A stretch of 64,000 bases of DNA from assembly GCA_001949185.1 (NCBI GenBank), contig BDGG01000012.1:798973-862972 (forward strand), given 5' to 3'. The notes under the pieces are model-generated. The model ran no database searches. It was not told where the DNA came from and was given only the letters and a program-made list of their open reading frames with translations. The position numbers and the translations under genes were made by a program. Shown in pieces: positions 26,385 through 38,813 of this stretch (positions are counted from its first letter, which is position 1; each line of letters starts with the position of its first letter). The DNA comes from Ramazzottius varieornatus (Eukaryota > Animalia > Tardigrada).

Positions 26385-26943
26385 ATGTCTCTCAAGGGGG
26401 TTTTCACCTGTTGCGTTGCGGCGATGCTGTTAGGCTCTGCTATACCGGTGCAAATTTCCCCTGGTATGCATGAGGAAACTTCCCTGCTTCCCGAAAACCT
26501 GAACGAGCTTGACACTTCCGATGCGATCACTTCCCTGTGGAGAACTCTTGTCTCATGCAAGTTCTTCGACGTGCTGTTCGTCGTTCTTCTCATTAAGTAT
26601 TCCTGGATGGCGAACCATGTCATGAACGGAAGTGAGTGTGGCACTCAAGCCAACAACCTATCTCCCCAAGGTAATTACCTGAACAGATGATCGGCACCGT
26701 GTTTCGACCAATTTATGCTTCTCCTCCTCTTCCGTATTTCAGACTTCTTCGCAATCTTTGCGTCGCTCAGAAGGTCCCAAAATCCCTGCCACGAAGACGA
26801 ATATACAACGCAGCCGACTGACTTTCTTAGAACATTCGGACACGGGTTCTAGCCAACAGCAGAGCTCGCGAAGCTCCTCGTCCCATCGAACTGAGCGACG
26901 AAACCAAAGAGTGGACCGGATGTACGACGCCTCACTTTGTTAG
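26385..26943 (+). CDS. Putative small secreted protein, splice pattern unresolved
   Basis: TATAAAA at about 26256, ATG directly after an AG acceptor-like site and a signal-peptide-like MSLKGVFTCCVAAMLLGSA. Candidate donors lie near 26557, 26632 and 26671, and an acceptor at 26742. Confidence 0.4.
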
Positions 26944-26997
26944 TGATCTCAGCCGTCTGATTTCTGCCAGAGTCATATGCATTACAGGGTTGTTTGT

Positions 26998-28640
26998 TTA
27001 CCACATAAAATGCATTTCCTCGGTAGAGTTTTCCCAATAAAATGGTTTGTACATAAAAAGATATAAAGTCAATGCGTTGACAGACTGGTATAGAAGAAAT
27101 TCTAGAGCTAACTGAGTCATTGTTGACTGTTTCATCTGCATCCTAAAGAGCATGTACGGAACGATAAAATATCTAAACTCCAACAGTTTTTGCGGAGTCA
27201 GTAAAGCTAAACAAGATAAAAGAAAAACTAATGTCTGAAAGAATCCTCGATAGCGAAGTTCGTCGCTCAACGCCCACAGTCCACACAGATACACTGGAGA
27301 CGCCAGGTACCTCGCATACCAGTTCCGGTTGAGAACATTCCTCCAGATGTAAAACGTATAGTGGCGGTTGTCAGCGAGTAAGTAAGGATGGGCACAGGTG
27401 AAACCATAAATGGCAGCCAAAATGAACACTAGCACGACCATCACATTCCGCCTATGACGAGAACACGATCGCAAAAATCGTTTTAGCTTGTCAGGTGTTA
27501 GCAAGAAAGGAGAGGCGAAAAATAAAGTGAAGACGTTGAAGTACAACAACTGTGGAAGATGCAGTACAGCTTGATGGGCGTTGCGGTCGCCCACAACGAT
27601 TCCCCTGTTGACAATGACGAACACCAGGAATGCCAAGAGGACTACAATGTAACCGAGTACTCGGGGCAGTCCTTCCATCGCCACACCCGCGAAGTACCCA
27701 AGAAGTCTTTTCACGTTCGTCGATGACGGGTTCTTCTTGAGTGAAACGAAAGGCGCCAGCAGAACCTTCAAACAATGGTACATCATTAAGACTGTCAAGC
27801 ATCTCAACTATTAATGACTTACCTGTACGTCTTTGTCCGCTGAAAGTCTTCGAAGATCCCTGTCATCTGCCACTCCCTTCATCACAACTTTATATTGCTT
27901 AAAGACCTCGAGCAGTGCCAACGACCCAACCCATATCACGTTGGTTTGCCGAGTGAAGACTGCGGCAGCACCGAGCAATGCAGCGAGCTTTCTGTTACCT
28001 CTCAGATGACCATACAGCCTGAAGCAAACAAGAAAGTTTCGCAGGAAATATCTGGAAGACGGGATCGCAATGAAGAATTTACATTGCGAAGACCAGGAAG
28101 GCGGACACGTGTTCCGTGTAGTACAGAAACGTGAAGAAGTACAGCAGAGGAAACGTTGCCAGGTTGATCGAAGTTAACAAGACATGTAGTCCGGTCATTT
28201 TTATTGCACCGTCGTGATGTATGATTGAGAGAATCTTCTGGTAGAGGAAGATATTTCCCACAGCGAAAACATAGTTGGTCATCCGTAAGAGCCAGATCGA
28301 ACAAGGGTCACTCAGATGTACAAATAGCGACACGGCTTTCCACAGTCCTAGAGCGACGAAATAGAGGCCGGGCAACGTGGTCAGCTTTGGATCCCACTAT
28401 AAAAGGACAAACTATGGTAAGCGTCTTGAGTATCAGCACGTAGAGCGGATTTCTCACCTGAGTGAAATTTCCGGCGCAGTAGGCTTTACTTTGCCTAATG
28501 TGAAACTCCTCGTCCATGTACGGCTCCAGTACACTGTTATGCATGGACATCAACAAGCGATAAGTAATTACTGCAAAGATAACGACTGCTGCGCTGCGTA
28601 GTCCTCGATGACGGAGAGTATCCAGCTTCTTGGCCACCAT
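26998..28640 (-). CDS. ALG10: Alpha-1,2-glucosyltransferase ALG10 (DIE2 family)
   Basis: EPYMDEEFHIRQ, WDPKLTTLPGLY, FPLLYFFTFLYYTE, NRGIVVGDRNAH, HPYLLADNRHYTFYIW and PQKLLEFRYFIVPY. Confidence 0.95.
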
Positions 28641-29377
28641 TGTCCTCTTCCGGTAGACAGACAGGTCCACTAACAACTACCCATACAGAATACTCCAAGA
28701 TGCCGCCAGTAACACGTGTCGCACCTGGTCCGAAGCATGCCCAAGTCTATAAAGGTCTGTACTGCACAGTACTCGATTTTCGACATACCTAGGGATAGTC
28801 TCCGATATCAAATGCGTCTGGCACACTGGAACTTGTCCATCAGTCCATCATCATCCATGAAGAAGCAAATTTAGCAAAACTCGATTGAGATTTGAGATTT
28901 GCGAAACATTAGTAACGTTACAAACAAGACTTTGCGATATACTCGAGGACTGACGCGCGGTGGCGCTTTCTGAGCATACGCATCGTGAGTTAGAGAAGGC
29001 GTTCCAACCTGAACTTCATCCAATAGAATCGAGGACAAGTTAAACCGTGCACAAACAATTTTCTTTCAGTTTTCTTCCCGTTTTCTCGAGCCTCAATTCT
29101 CGTTCTAGGTGTTCCGTTCCTGGAGGTCCGGAACTCTTCGACTTCAGTGCGAGGTGTCAAAGAGTGTAGAGTTCTACTCGAAACTGCTTCGGGAGTGATC
29201 AGGCCGAGACGGATCCGGCGCAATAGGATTAGCCTGTGGCTGGTGACCATCTTGAAGACATACAGGAGAACATACAGGTAAGTCTACTTACCATCTTCCA
29301 GGTTTCAGTTTTACTATGCAACATGCAACATCTATGACCAAGAGCTCTCGGTTCTTCTGCAGATCTTCCACGCGAAA

Positions 29378-31310
29378 ATGTTCGGAACGTCAACGGGAGG
29401 ATTCGGAACTGGTGGCAGTCTGTTTGGCACAACTACGCCAACAGCGGCCAACTCACCGGCTACCAAAGATTACGAAGTCCCTGCTCCACCTGACGATACC
29501 GTTCAGGCGCTCCGGTTTAGTCCGGCATCTATCCAGCAAAATTACCTGGCGTCAGGGAGTTGGGACGGTCTAGTTCGCTTGTGGGAGACCCAGTTCCCGA
29601 AGGCAGATTCCACTTTTGGCCCTGGCCAAACTCCTCCTATACAAGCTGTTCCTAAAGCGCAACAGACAGCTGGTGGACCTGTTCTGGATCTCTGCTACAG
29701 CGATGTAAGTGCGCTCGTTTCTCATGCACCCACATGTACAGGATCTACGAGTATGTCCGAAGCTATCAGACACCGGCTAAAAGATCGGGTTGACTGTGAT
29801 AAGAGTCTCGTTCTAGCCGTTTCGTAATAGTGTGAATATTTGGGAGCTGGCCGAACAAAACGTACAAGATCGGTATGTTGAGTGACGCACTCCATCACCC
29901 AGTAACAATGAAGACGCGCGCCACTTGAGATAACAATCTTGTGTGTTGTTTGCACAGCTCCCATTGCGCTTACATGCTGACTGGTGAATTCCCTTTCGTT
30001 AGGATGGCAGCAAGATTTTCTTCGGATCAGCGGACAAAACGCTTCGGATGTGGGATCTCGGATCTAACCAAGTGACGCAGATAGGCGCTCACGATAACTG
30101 CATCAAGTCAGTCCATTTCATCCAGTCACCTTCCTATCAGTGCGTGATGACCGGAAGTTGGGACAAGACGTTGAAAGTGCGTACCTACGGTTCGAGGTTT
30201 ATAGTTATCTAACTTGGAACAATGTATGTCTTGCAAGAACAGGACACACGCTGGCTTTTTTGTTCTACAGTTTTGGGACGCCCGCCAGCCGAACCCTATG
30301 CTGACGCTCAACCTTCCTGAACGGCTTTACGCTGCTGATGTGGTACGTAATTGAGACAATATCAGGCTATTGCGATTAGGCGGCATCGCGAGTACAGTCT
30401 GGATACTGGTGTTCTTTTTAGATGTACCCTATGGCTGTTGCCTGTACGGCGGGCAAGAACTGCATAGTCTACCAACTGGATAACTCACCACGGGAATTCA
30501 AGAAGATGGACATCAACCTCAAGAACATGGTTTGTGTTTACTCACAGACTTCAGATTTTTTTTTGACTTTCTTCAGTTTTTTACTGTGTTCATCGACATC
30601 CAGGCTGATGATAGAAGTTACGAGGTAAACGCACCAGCACTTTCCACATCAGAACGAGAAGCATGCTGATTACTCTGTAAACGTTTCTGTATAGAGAGAC
30701 AAACCGGGGCAATGTTGGTTAGCTAACCCCTGTGTTGTTCTCTAGCTGCGGTCTGTAGCCATCTGTGCGGACATGAAGACCAAACAGCCGATCGGATTCG
30801 CCGTTGGTAGCGTCGAAGGTCGTGTAGCCATTCAGTATATTCACGCCGTCAACCCCAAAGACAACTTCACTTTCAAATGTCATCGCGTCGACCAGACAGG
30901 AAACGTCCAAGAAATCTACCCTGTAAGTCTTTGAGTTTCCAGTTCCTGTGGACTGCTTTGACTAGTCCCAAGTCAAAACATCGAGGTGAACTTTGTTCGT
31001 TTCCTTCAACCAATATGTTGCCTTTCAGATCAACGACCTGGCATTCCATCCCGTTCACGGTACGTTAGCGACAATCGGTGGCGACTGCCGATATTCCTAC
31101 TGGGACAAAGATTCGCGGACCAAGCTGAAGGGCTCGGAGAAGGCCGAGCAAGCCCTGACTCGTGGCTGTTTCAGCGCTCGCGGAGAAGTCTTTGCCTACG
31201 GTGTGGGCTACGACTGGGGACAAGGGCATGAATACCACAACCCGGCAAAGAAACCGCAGATCTTCATAAACTACTGCTACCAAGATACCCAGCCGCGGAA
31301 GAAAACCTAA
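29378..31310 (+). CDS. RAE1: mRNA export factor RAE1/Gle2 (WD40)
   Basis: [23 protein letters not shown]|[47 protein letters not shown] and YDWGQGHE. Confidence 0.95.
29841..29963. repeat. Palindromic element copy, RAE1 intron
   Basis: TGGGAGCTG..CGTACAAGATCG..GAGTGACGCAC-25nt-GCGCGCCACTTG..CAGCTCCCA. Confidence 0.85.
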
Positions 31311-31579
31311 GTCATTTTGAGATGTACAAATTACACTAACAGCCCAAGTAAGTGGATAAATTTGTTTTTGAGAAGCGACAGCTGTGAAATGTTTCGTCAA
31401 CGTCGCACGACTGTCACCGCCAACTTTTGCGCACTTTATGAATTATCAGTGATTAGAATCGTTTCAAACTGCGCAGCCGGAAGTTGTGAAGGTCGATCTT
31501 CCACTTCGATTTTCTTGGACAGAATCTTGTACGTGAAGGTTGAGTGGAAAGGCATTTCGGATATTTCAACAAGATATAA

Positions 31580-31691
31580 AGTGACTTGAACATAATGGTT
31601 TTCCCAAGTAGCGCACATTTTCAGCCATCATAAACGAGAACGTGTGCCACGCAACCTGACGATTATGTTCGGTTCATTTGCCGACGTTCTA
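31580..31691. repeat. Palindromic element copy, downstream of RAE1
   Basis: TTGAACATAAT..CCAAGTAGCGCAC-25nt-GTGTGCCAC..ATTATGTTCGGTTCATTTGCCGACG. Confidence 0.85.
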
Positions 31692-34600
31692 ATTTTCTGT
31701 GATTTGCTTTTGAATTTTCTTGGGTACTTTAATTTGAAAGGGAATGTAGTGAAACGGAACAGTGGATCGATTATTGGTTATGTATTTCAAAATCGATCAA
31801 GTATGCTTGGTGTAATGTAATTAAATTTGAATAACCACGTCGTTGACGATTGAGTGCGCTTCTCTTCCCTGTTGTGTCTCGTCAAATGGCTGAAGTGAAG
31901 CTCGAGAGTGTCAATCAGATCTACGGACGCTAAATGACTTGAGCGGCTGACTTGTGAAGTAAAATGAAATGGTTTCACAGTGGGAACCTTGGGATCATCA
32001 GTGGTGCCATGGGGGATTGTGGTCACGAGAGGAAAAGATCGAGCCAGTCAAGCGATTTGAACAACGCTAATCCCAGTCAAAGTCACCAAAACGAAAATTG
32101 AAAGTTACAGCTAAAGCCACTATGAAAAATCAATTATTGTGCATTTCAATGCAATCGAGTGTGTGAAAGAACTTTCGACGTGATGTTCTTTCGACTTGCG
32201 CGCTGTTTCATATACGTGGAAAAGCTCGAGAGACCTTTGAGCAATTCGGTTGTATTTCGAAATCTCCTCTGCGAAAATGTATCTCTTGCGGGCTGTTGTT
32301 TAGTTAGGAAGGATGTTTGGAGTTCGAAAGCGGATTGCATATCCGAATACCGGGCAAGCCTCTCCACAGAAGCCGGTAATCCCGACGATAACGTACATTA
32401 GCATTCCACTGTTCGGTGAATGTCATTGTGCGCTTCTGGACTGGCTTGTGGACACTATCAATCCCCAATGTAAGTTCTTTCTTTGATAAAATTTATCAAA
32501 CAACAAGGCTGCAGGAAATCCCGGGTGTGTCTCTGACTCTGAGTAGAATACGATCGTCCCCCTCTCTGAACCCTTGAGGAAGATCAGCTTACAGTACTGT
32601 AGTAACAGTGTAGTTCGCAGTGATAATTTCACAGCCAGGATGGATCAGCTGGGTTTCTCTCTCGCGGTGAGATGTAGCTCACAGTTGATTCGGCGAAGCA
32701 GAAAGACTTCGCATAATTTCGAGTCGTTCAGCGATAAGCAGCAGCAGCAAAGGAATATTTTAATGGCTGCTCGACATCGTCCAGTGATTATCCGGAAGTG
32801 ACGGTTTATGGTGCGGAGTACCCTTTTCCTCTTCAGTCAACTACCCTACGGTACCCTAACTTACTGGAGTCACTTTCTGGAAGCTCCTGCCAGACCAACC
32901 GTGACTCGGATAACCAAGGAAAAAGTCGAACACATTGTCATTCAAATCTTTTCGTTCTACAAAATGATCTGATTACGAACTTTCGTCTTCTCGTTCACCG
33001 ATAGGAGCTCTGTCGTGTCAATAACGAACCCAAAACGCTTACAAATTCTGACGCGCTCCGAAACGGGTAAATTCCTTAAATCCTTCTTTGGACAGGTCCG
33101 CCGTTCGTCTGAACGGCGGTAATTCTCAACCGAAGTTTCAATTATTGGATCTGTGAAAGTCAAGTTTGGCTTATGAATGTCATTTTCGCTACGAGTACAC
33201 TATGTTCAGTGTTGCCTTTTCTTCCATACGTCGATACAGCCAACATTTGTTGCGGCCTTTGCGGACTGTGATTCCCCGCATATCTGCATTTCGAGGTAGG
33301 ATATTCACTTGGGTATTTCGATTCGCCGACAGTCAACCTACTGTGTAATCATGGTGGTTCCTGGCTCCAAACATCGAAGCCTCTAACTAGAGTAGACAAG
33401 GCGTGTCTGTGATTTCCCTGTGTACACATCGACCGACGTGCAAAAGTGCGGCATGCTGCAGTCTGGGTGTGATGTAACAAGTCCACAATAAGGCCTTATT
33501 AGTTTACAATATAGTTCTATCGACTTTTATGCATAATATTGACAGAATTTCCCGTCGGCTCCATAAAGCCAAACGCTATAAGGCGCAGACTTGACATTTC
33601 GAGTGAGCGACTGAGATCTATAGCTAGCGAACCTGTCAGGCAATAGCTAAGGCATCATCCTCAGGTCTAAGTTTGTCGAGGCTGCCAAATAATGTGCCCC
33701 TAAGATTGCTTAAGCTAACTAAGAGATTGATTTTTGGAAGCTTTCGGCTCAGGACACAAGCCTTCGGAATCAATTCGAGACTTCGAGTCCACCTTACCGG
33801 ACCCGGAAGTAGTACTGCCGGATGTGAACCGCGGTATCCTTGGCAGGGGTTCGCGTTCGACACCTGTCTCTGGTAAACATGGCAAACAGATTCTTTCGAC
33901 TACTGGTTGACGATATATTCAAACATGGTTAATGAATGGGAAAGCCATCAATGCGTCCAGGGTCCTTTCCGGGATGTGCATACTAATCCAAGTGCCTGTA
34001 ACTGCCTCCTTCTTTGCATTTGAGTCGATCGAGAAAGCTTGTGTGCTGACGAGTGGGGCGGATATATGCCTGAAACTAGTCTATTGTCCTGGTAAAGTCT
34101 GTGTTTTATGGATGAGGAGCCAGCTTGAATATTGGAAGCCAAATGGAACACTCAAACACTTGAAAATCCCCGGCTGTTTGCATGTTTGTCCGCGGGTCTG
34201 TTTGTAGGTCTTTCGAACATTGTCAAGTGCCGCGAAAATTTGTGCGCAGCTCAGATTGAGTTTCATACTGTCATAAATTACTGCTTTATCATTCCGTTCA
34301 AGATGTTTAAGAGCAAGCGCTCTTGTCAGCTTCTGGCTCAACATATGGCACGACCAGGAATTCCTGCGATGGATGATTGAGAATCATTGCTGTGGATGCC
34401 TTCGATCATGATCTTCTAGATCTATATTAGTGAGGAGTTTTTCGATCAGTTCATGGTTCCGCACGCAGGATAACGGGCGAGGCTTTCTCTTGTCGGATTC
34501 TGCTACTTGGTCAAGTGTGCGGGTGGAACTTCCGCTCGACAACTTTTTGGGATAGAATGTACAGCGGCAGCCTGAATGTATCGGGTGGAGGAAGTCACCT

Positions 34601-35869
34601 GAAACGAAAGAAAACCCAAAAAGCTCGCCGAACCAGCCGAGTGCACAGCGATGCAGAGTCAGTCGCGGGTCTCGGTCCGTCGTTATCTGTGCGAGCTTAT
34701 GCGCGCAGGCTAATCTATCATGTGCGCAGAATAATCTTTGGAATTTCGGAAAGTTATGGTAAGTGCCTGGAGCCATCTTTTTTTTACGAAGTTTGCAATA
34801 AGTTCGGTTCGTCGATAGTTCATACCGCGTAGTTAACCAAGCAATTAGGACGGGGTAGACATGGCCATTACGAAAAGCCTTAGGGAAACAGGAAGAGCGG
34901 CGCCATCTTCAGTTCGGGATTTCGAGTTCCATGACGTCATCCATTCAGGTTTTTATTTCGAGTTCTGGCCATTTTTGAACTATTTCTCAAGCTGAAGCAT
35001 TTCTGAATGAATCTGCTGTGCGGCTTGTGTGGATGTTAAATTCCTCGTCCGGAATGACCGGATGGGGCTCAACTGAATAATCTTACGGCTGAATTGGTCT
35101 GTAAGCGCCTTATCACAGGACTTTCCTGCGTTCAGGTCCTAAGCGTACGAAACTACGTATCTAATGAAGCTAACCAGATTTGGAATGAATTTCTCGCACA
35201 TTCTTAGTCTATGTGGGCTCTTAAGGAGGAATCAGGATGACGATCTTATAATGACTAATTTAAATAGTTGTGACGCACGTGGAAGCATTCCCTTCGAGCC
35301 TCCTGGGATACGACGGACCAAAGCGATGCATAGTTTAGTTCGACGAAGTGTTTACTCCGTGAAGGTTTGAAGAGCCATGTGAACAATAAATTATCAGGCT
35401 TCTTTATGATCCGCAGAAGGGACAGTAGCCTTCAGCCAACCGGTCTGGATCGCGCACACTGAGTGGCTATATCCGAGAGAAACCATCTAACTTCCGTCCC
35501 GGGACGAACTAGCAAACTTTATGGTTGTTTCCGCTGATCATAGAATCCGTGCATTGACAAGCATGGCAGTAAACGGATGAATGCTTGAGCGAATCGGAAA
35601 TTATCCCGCGTTTGTACACGACATCCTTTGACGATAAGGCGATTGCTTGTGTGTTTGGGACATTGTCAAAGTTGAAAATTGCCCGGATCCCGATAATAAC
35701 TGTGCCGTGTTTGCGGCAGGAGAAATCACTTTACCATTGGCACCCCAACAGGGCGAAGGACCTTTACAACAAATAATTTCGCTACGGGTGCGCGCATCCT
35801 CCTCAACGGTAACCATCTGAGGGTCATCAATATTTTTCTTTACGTGGAAGGAAGTTATCCGAGTGGCTT

Positions 35870-38483
35870 ATGATGGCGGAGGATTTTGTGGGTTGGGATT
35901 CTTATGATGATGATCTAGAGAAAGCAAAGCCGAAACCAGTCCCTCGCCGTTCCTCAGCTTTCAAGACCGCGAACCGGTTAAGATCCGGCAGTGTGGTTGA
36001 CCGCTTAAAAAGACTATTTCGTGTTGCAAATCAAGGTATCTGATTGTTGACTCTTTTCGCCATTTTGACAGTAATATTTTTTGTGTGGCATTTCAAAGGT
36101 CCAACCGTATTCATTTTTCGACCCGGAAGAACGGTTACTGTAACTGTGCTCGTCTCTGCGCTAAGATAACATGCTCTACCGGGAGAAAGTTTCCGAGTGA
36201 TCTGCCAGGGATGATTTTCGAGAAAGTACGGGAGCTGCTCTAGGGTAGCCATCTATTGACAGTAGATTACAGGTTGTCGGAGTTTCTAGAAAACAATTTC
36301 TGATGGCCCGAAGGACTTGAAACTTTGCAAACATATGGACTCATTACCAAAGAGAACTGCCAGACCGAGACCTATTTGCGAAGGATGCGGACTTATCTTC
36401 AAGTTCACTGAGCTGCGGCAACGTAATAGCTTTTGATTTGTTTGACTGGATGCAGTAATCCGAAATAGATCGTATTTAGCGATAAAAAAGTCGAAAAGAC
36501 TCTCCTGCGAGGTTTTATAATTTGCGTAAATGATGAGGGAACCGTTTCTGAAAGCTGCAGAAAGTTAGTCGGCAGTTTGCAATCACAATACGATAAGGTA
36601 GATGGCTACCTGACTCTTCCAATGTCTTGATTTTTAACCGCTCAGGTTTCCATCTTGTGAAAAAGTATGGCGACATCTTTTGTTTCGTGGCAGAGTATCG
36701 CACGAGCTCCCGTCACTTTCTGTCGAACTGTGGTATCATTGGTCCGCACAGCAACCTCGAGATCGAATATTTTGCGGAAAGGTGGTAAGTTCCGACTTGC
36801 GGGTATATACAAGTGCTCAACATGTGTTCGGTGCCTATATATCGCGTAATCCGTGTGCAGGGACCACTACCGACGGTGGTAGATTTTGATGTTTTTGCAT
36901 GGGTGTTATAGCCGATTGATTTGGCCGATCAGTACTGCTGGCTAATTAGGCACTGTCACGGACGGCAGCTTCCGGTAACGCGTTAGTTGTACGAGATCGG
37001 TAGCTTTAATATATCAGCCTGCAGAAATCCCGCTGCCGCAGTTTCTATAAAAATTTGGGGCTGGGAGTCCATAGTTGACTATATTTGATATAAAGCCTTT
37101 TCGCGTATACGTGCCTGGCCTAAATGTGGGGATGGACAAAAATGTGGGGAACGGAGCAAAAGCGACACGGGCCGGCTGTGGTCGACCAATCAACTAAATC
37201 AATCGAAGCACAGTCGCTTTCGCTCCGTTCCCCATATTTTCGTCCATCCCCACATTTAGGCCAGGCGCGTGTACAGCACCTACTTTTTATCGTACAGTAG
37301 TTCTTGAAGTTACGGTTAACGTGAATTTTTGAAGATGCATGCGTTATCAGTGTCCGTCAAATCTGCAGTCAGAAAAATTCCTGGAAGGAAGAGTAAGGTT
37401 CCAATGGGTCTTAATGAGATACACGTGTACTTTGAAAGCTGCATGGGGTATGGGGTATGGGGCGGTCTTACTTTCCTCCTTGCCGCCATTATGTTGAACA
37501 CCAGCACTTTGTACCCCATGCATACATGAATGAGCTTTCCTATGGATACATGGGATAAATATCTTCTCTTCTGATTTTAGATCCCGATTTGGATGAGCTC
37601 GATCTGCAAGCGCCACGATACGTTCCTGCCAGCCTGGATATCCTCACAAAGACCACTCGTTTCTCTAGGAGGGAAATCCAGTTGATCTACCGTAGCTTCA
37701 AGCAGGAATGCCCAACCGGCATCGTCACTGCGGAAAAGTTTCGCGAGCTGTATTCACAATTCTTTCCATTGGGAGGTATGTACTAGACCGGCGAGGTGAC
37801 AGGCAATTTTGCATTCCAAGGAAACATTTAAAAATATATGATACAGTTTGTGTTGTAGATGCATCTTATTTCGCTCGGCAAATTTTCCAGTTGATGGACC
37901 AAGATATGGATGGGAGTGTGACATTTGAGGAGTACCTGGTGGTTATGTCCATGTTATCACGTGGAAGTCTGGATGAGAAAGTCCAGTGGGTCTTCAACCT
38001 GTATGACTCCAATGGCGAAGGACAACTAACGGCGGAAAAGTTGACAGATGTTGCAGTATCAGTGTACGAGATGTTGGGATCTTACACGGACCCACCGTGG
38101 ATCAACGAGACCACTATCAAAGACCACGTGGCACGCGTGTTCTCGGCAAGTTCGGATCGACTCTAGAGTTCCGACGTTCCATAGTTTGTTTCTTATTGAT
38201 ACTCATCTGCAATTATTGCGTCTATTGAAAATGTGCTTTTCTTACAGAAGATGGACACTAATCAGGATGGCATTGTCACTTTCACGGAGTTCAAGGAGTT
38301 TTGCATAACCGTAAGTATCCGCGAGGCACGATTGCGAGGAGCTCCACTATAATATTGCACGGTTACCGTCGCGCCCTCTGTGCCGCGCAAGTGATATATT
38401 GATACAGTACTTTCTGGATTTTTGTCTGATTATAGGACGAAGGAGTACGGCGCAACTTTGGAGTCTTCGATTCCAGCCTTTGA
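35870..38483 (+). CDS. KCNIP: KChIP/neuronal calcium sensor family protein, copy A
   Basis: Exons 35870-36035, 37581-37775, 37859-38145 (GC donor), 38248-38310 and 38436-38483 splice in frame. Motifs FSRREIQLIYRSFKQECPTG, WVFNLYD and MDTNQDGIVTF. Confidence 0.88.
37106..37273. mobile_element. Young MITE-like element with ~60-bp terminal inverted repeats and TA flanks (Tc1/mariner-like)
   Basis: Left arm TATACGTGCCTGGCCTAAATGTGGGGATGGAC...AAAGCGAC pairs nearly perfectly (about 5 transitions) with GTCGCTTT...CCCCACATTTAGGCCAGGCGCGTGTA. Confidence 0.8.
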
Positions 38484-38813
38484 TCTTTTTTTTCTCAGTC
38501 CTTTATAATATCATTGGGAGAATCTAGAACATTCCAGACTATTCTCAGCACTAAAACAGAGACACATAAAGGCTTCATTTTGTTCCCTTCCGAGATGATG
38601 GTAACAATTACCCTGTCAGGTGCACAGAACTCAGATACTTCCGATACGGGTATATGCTATACTTCGACAAAATAAAGGCATTGTCAGCCCATACGGACGT
38701 GAGAAAAAACTTCACGAATGGAAAAGGGAAGGCAAGATCCAGACTATCGGGGACCATGGATATGGACATCCATGAGGCTCCACCTGAATCTCGGGGCCCG
38801 AATTCGTGGTACC

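Noticed and set aside
31787-35816. Short ORFs of 60-130 aa in the ORF track
   Set aside because: No recognisable motifs or consistent splice phases. Such lengths are expected by chance when alternative start codons are allowed.
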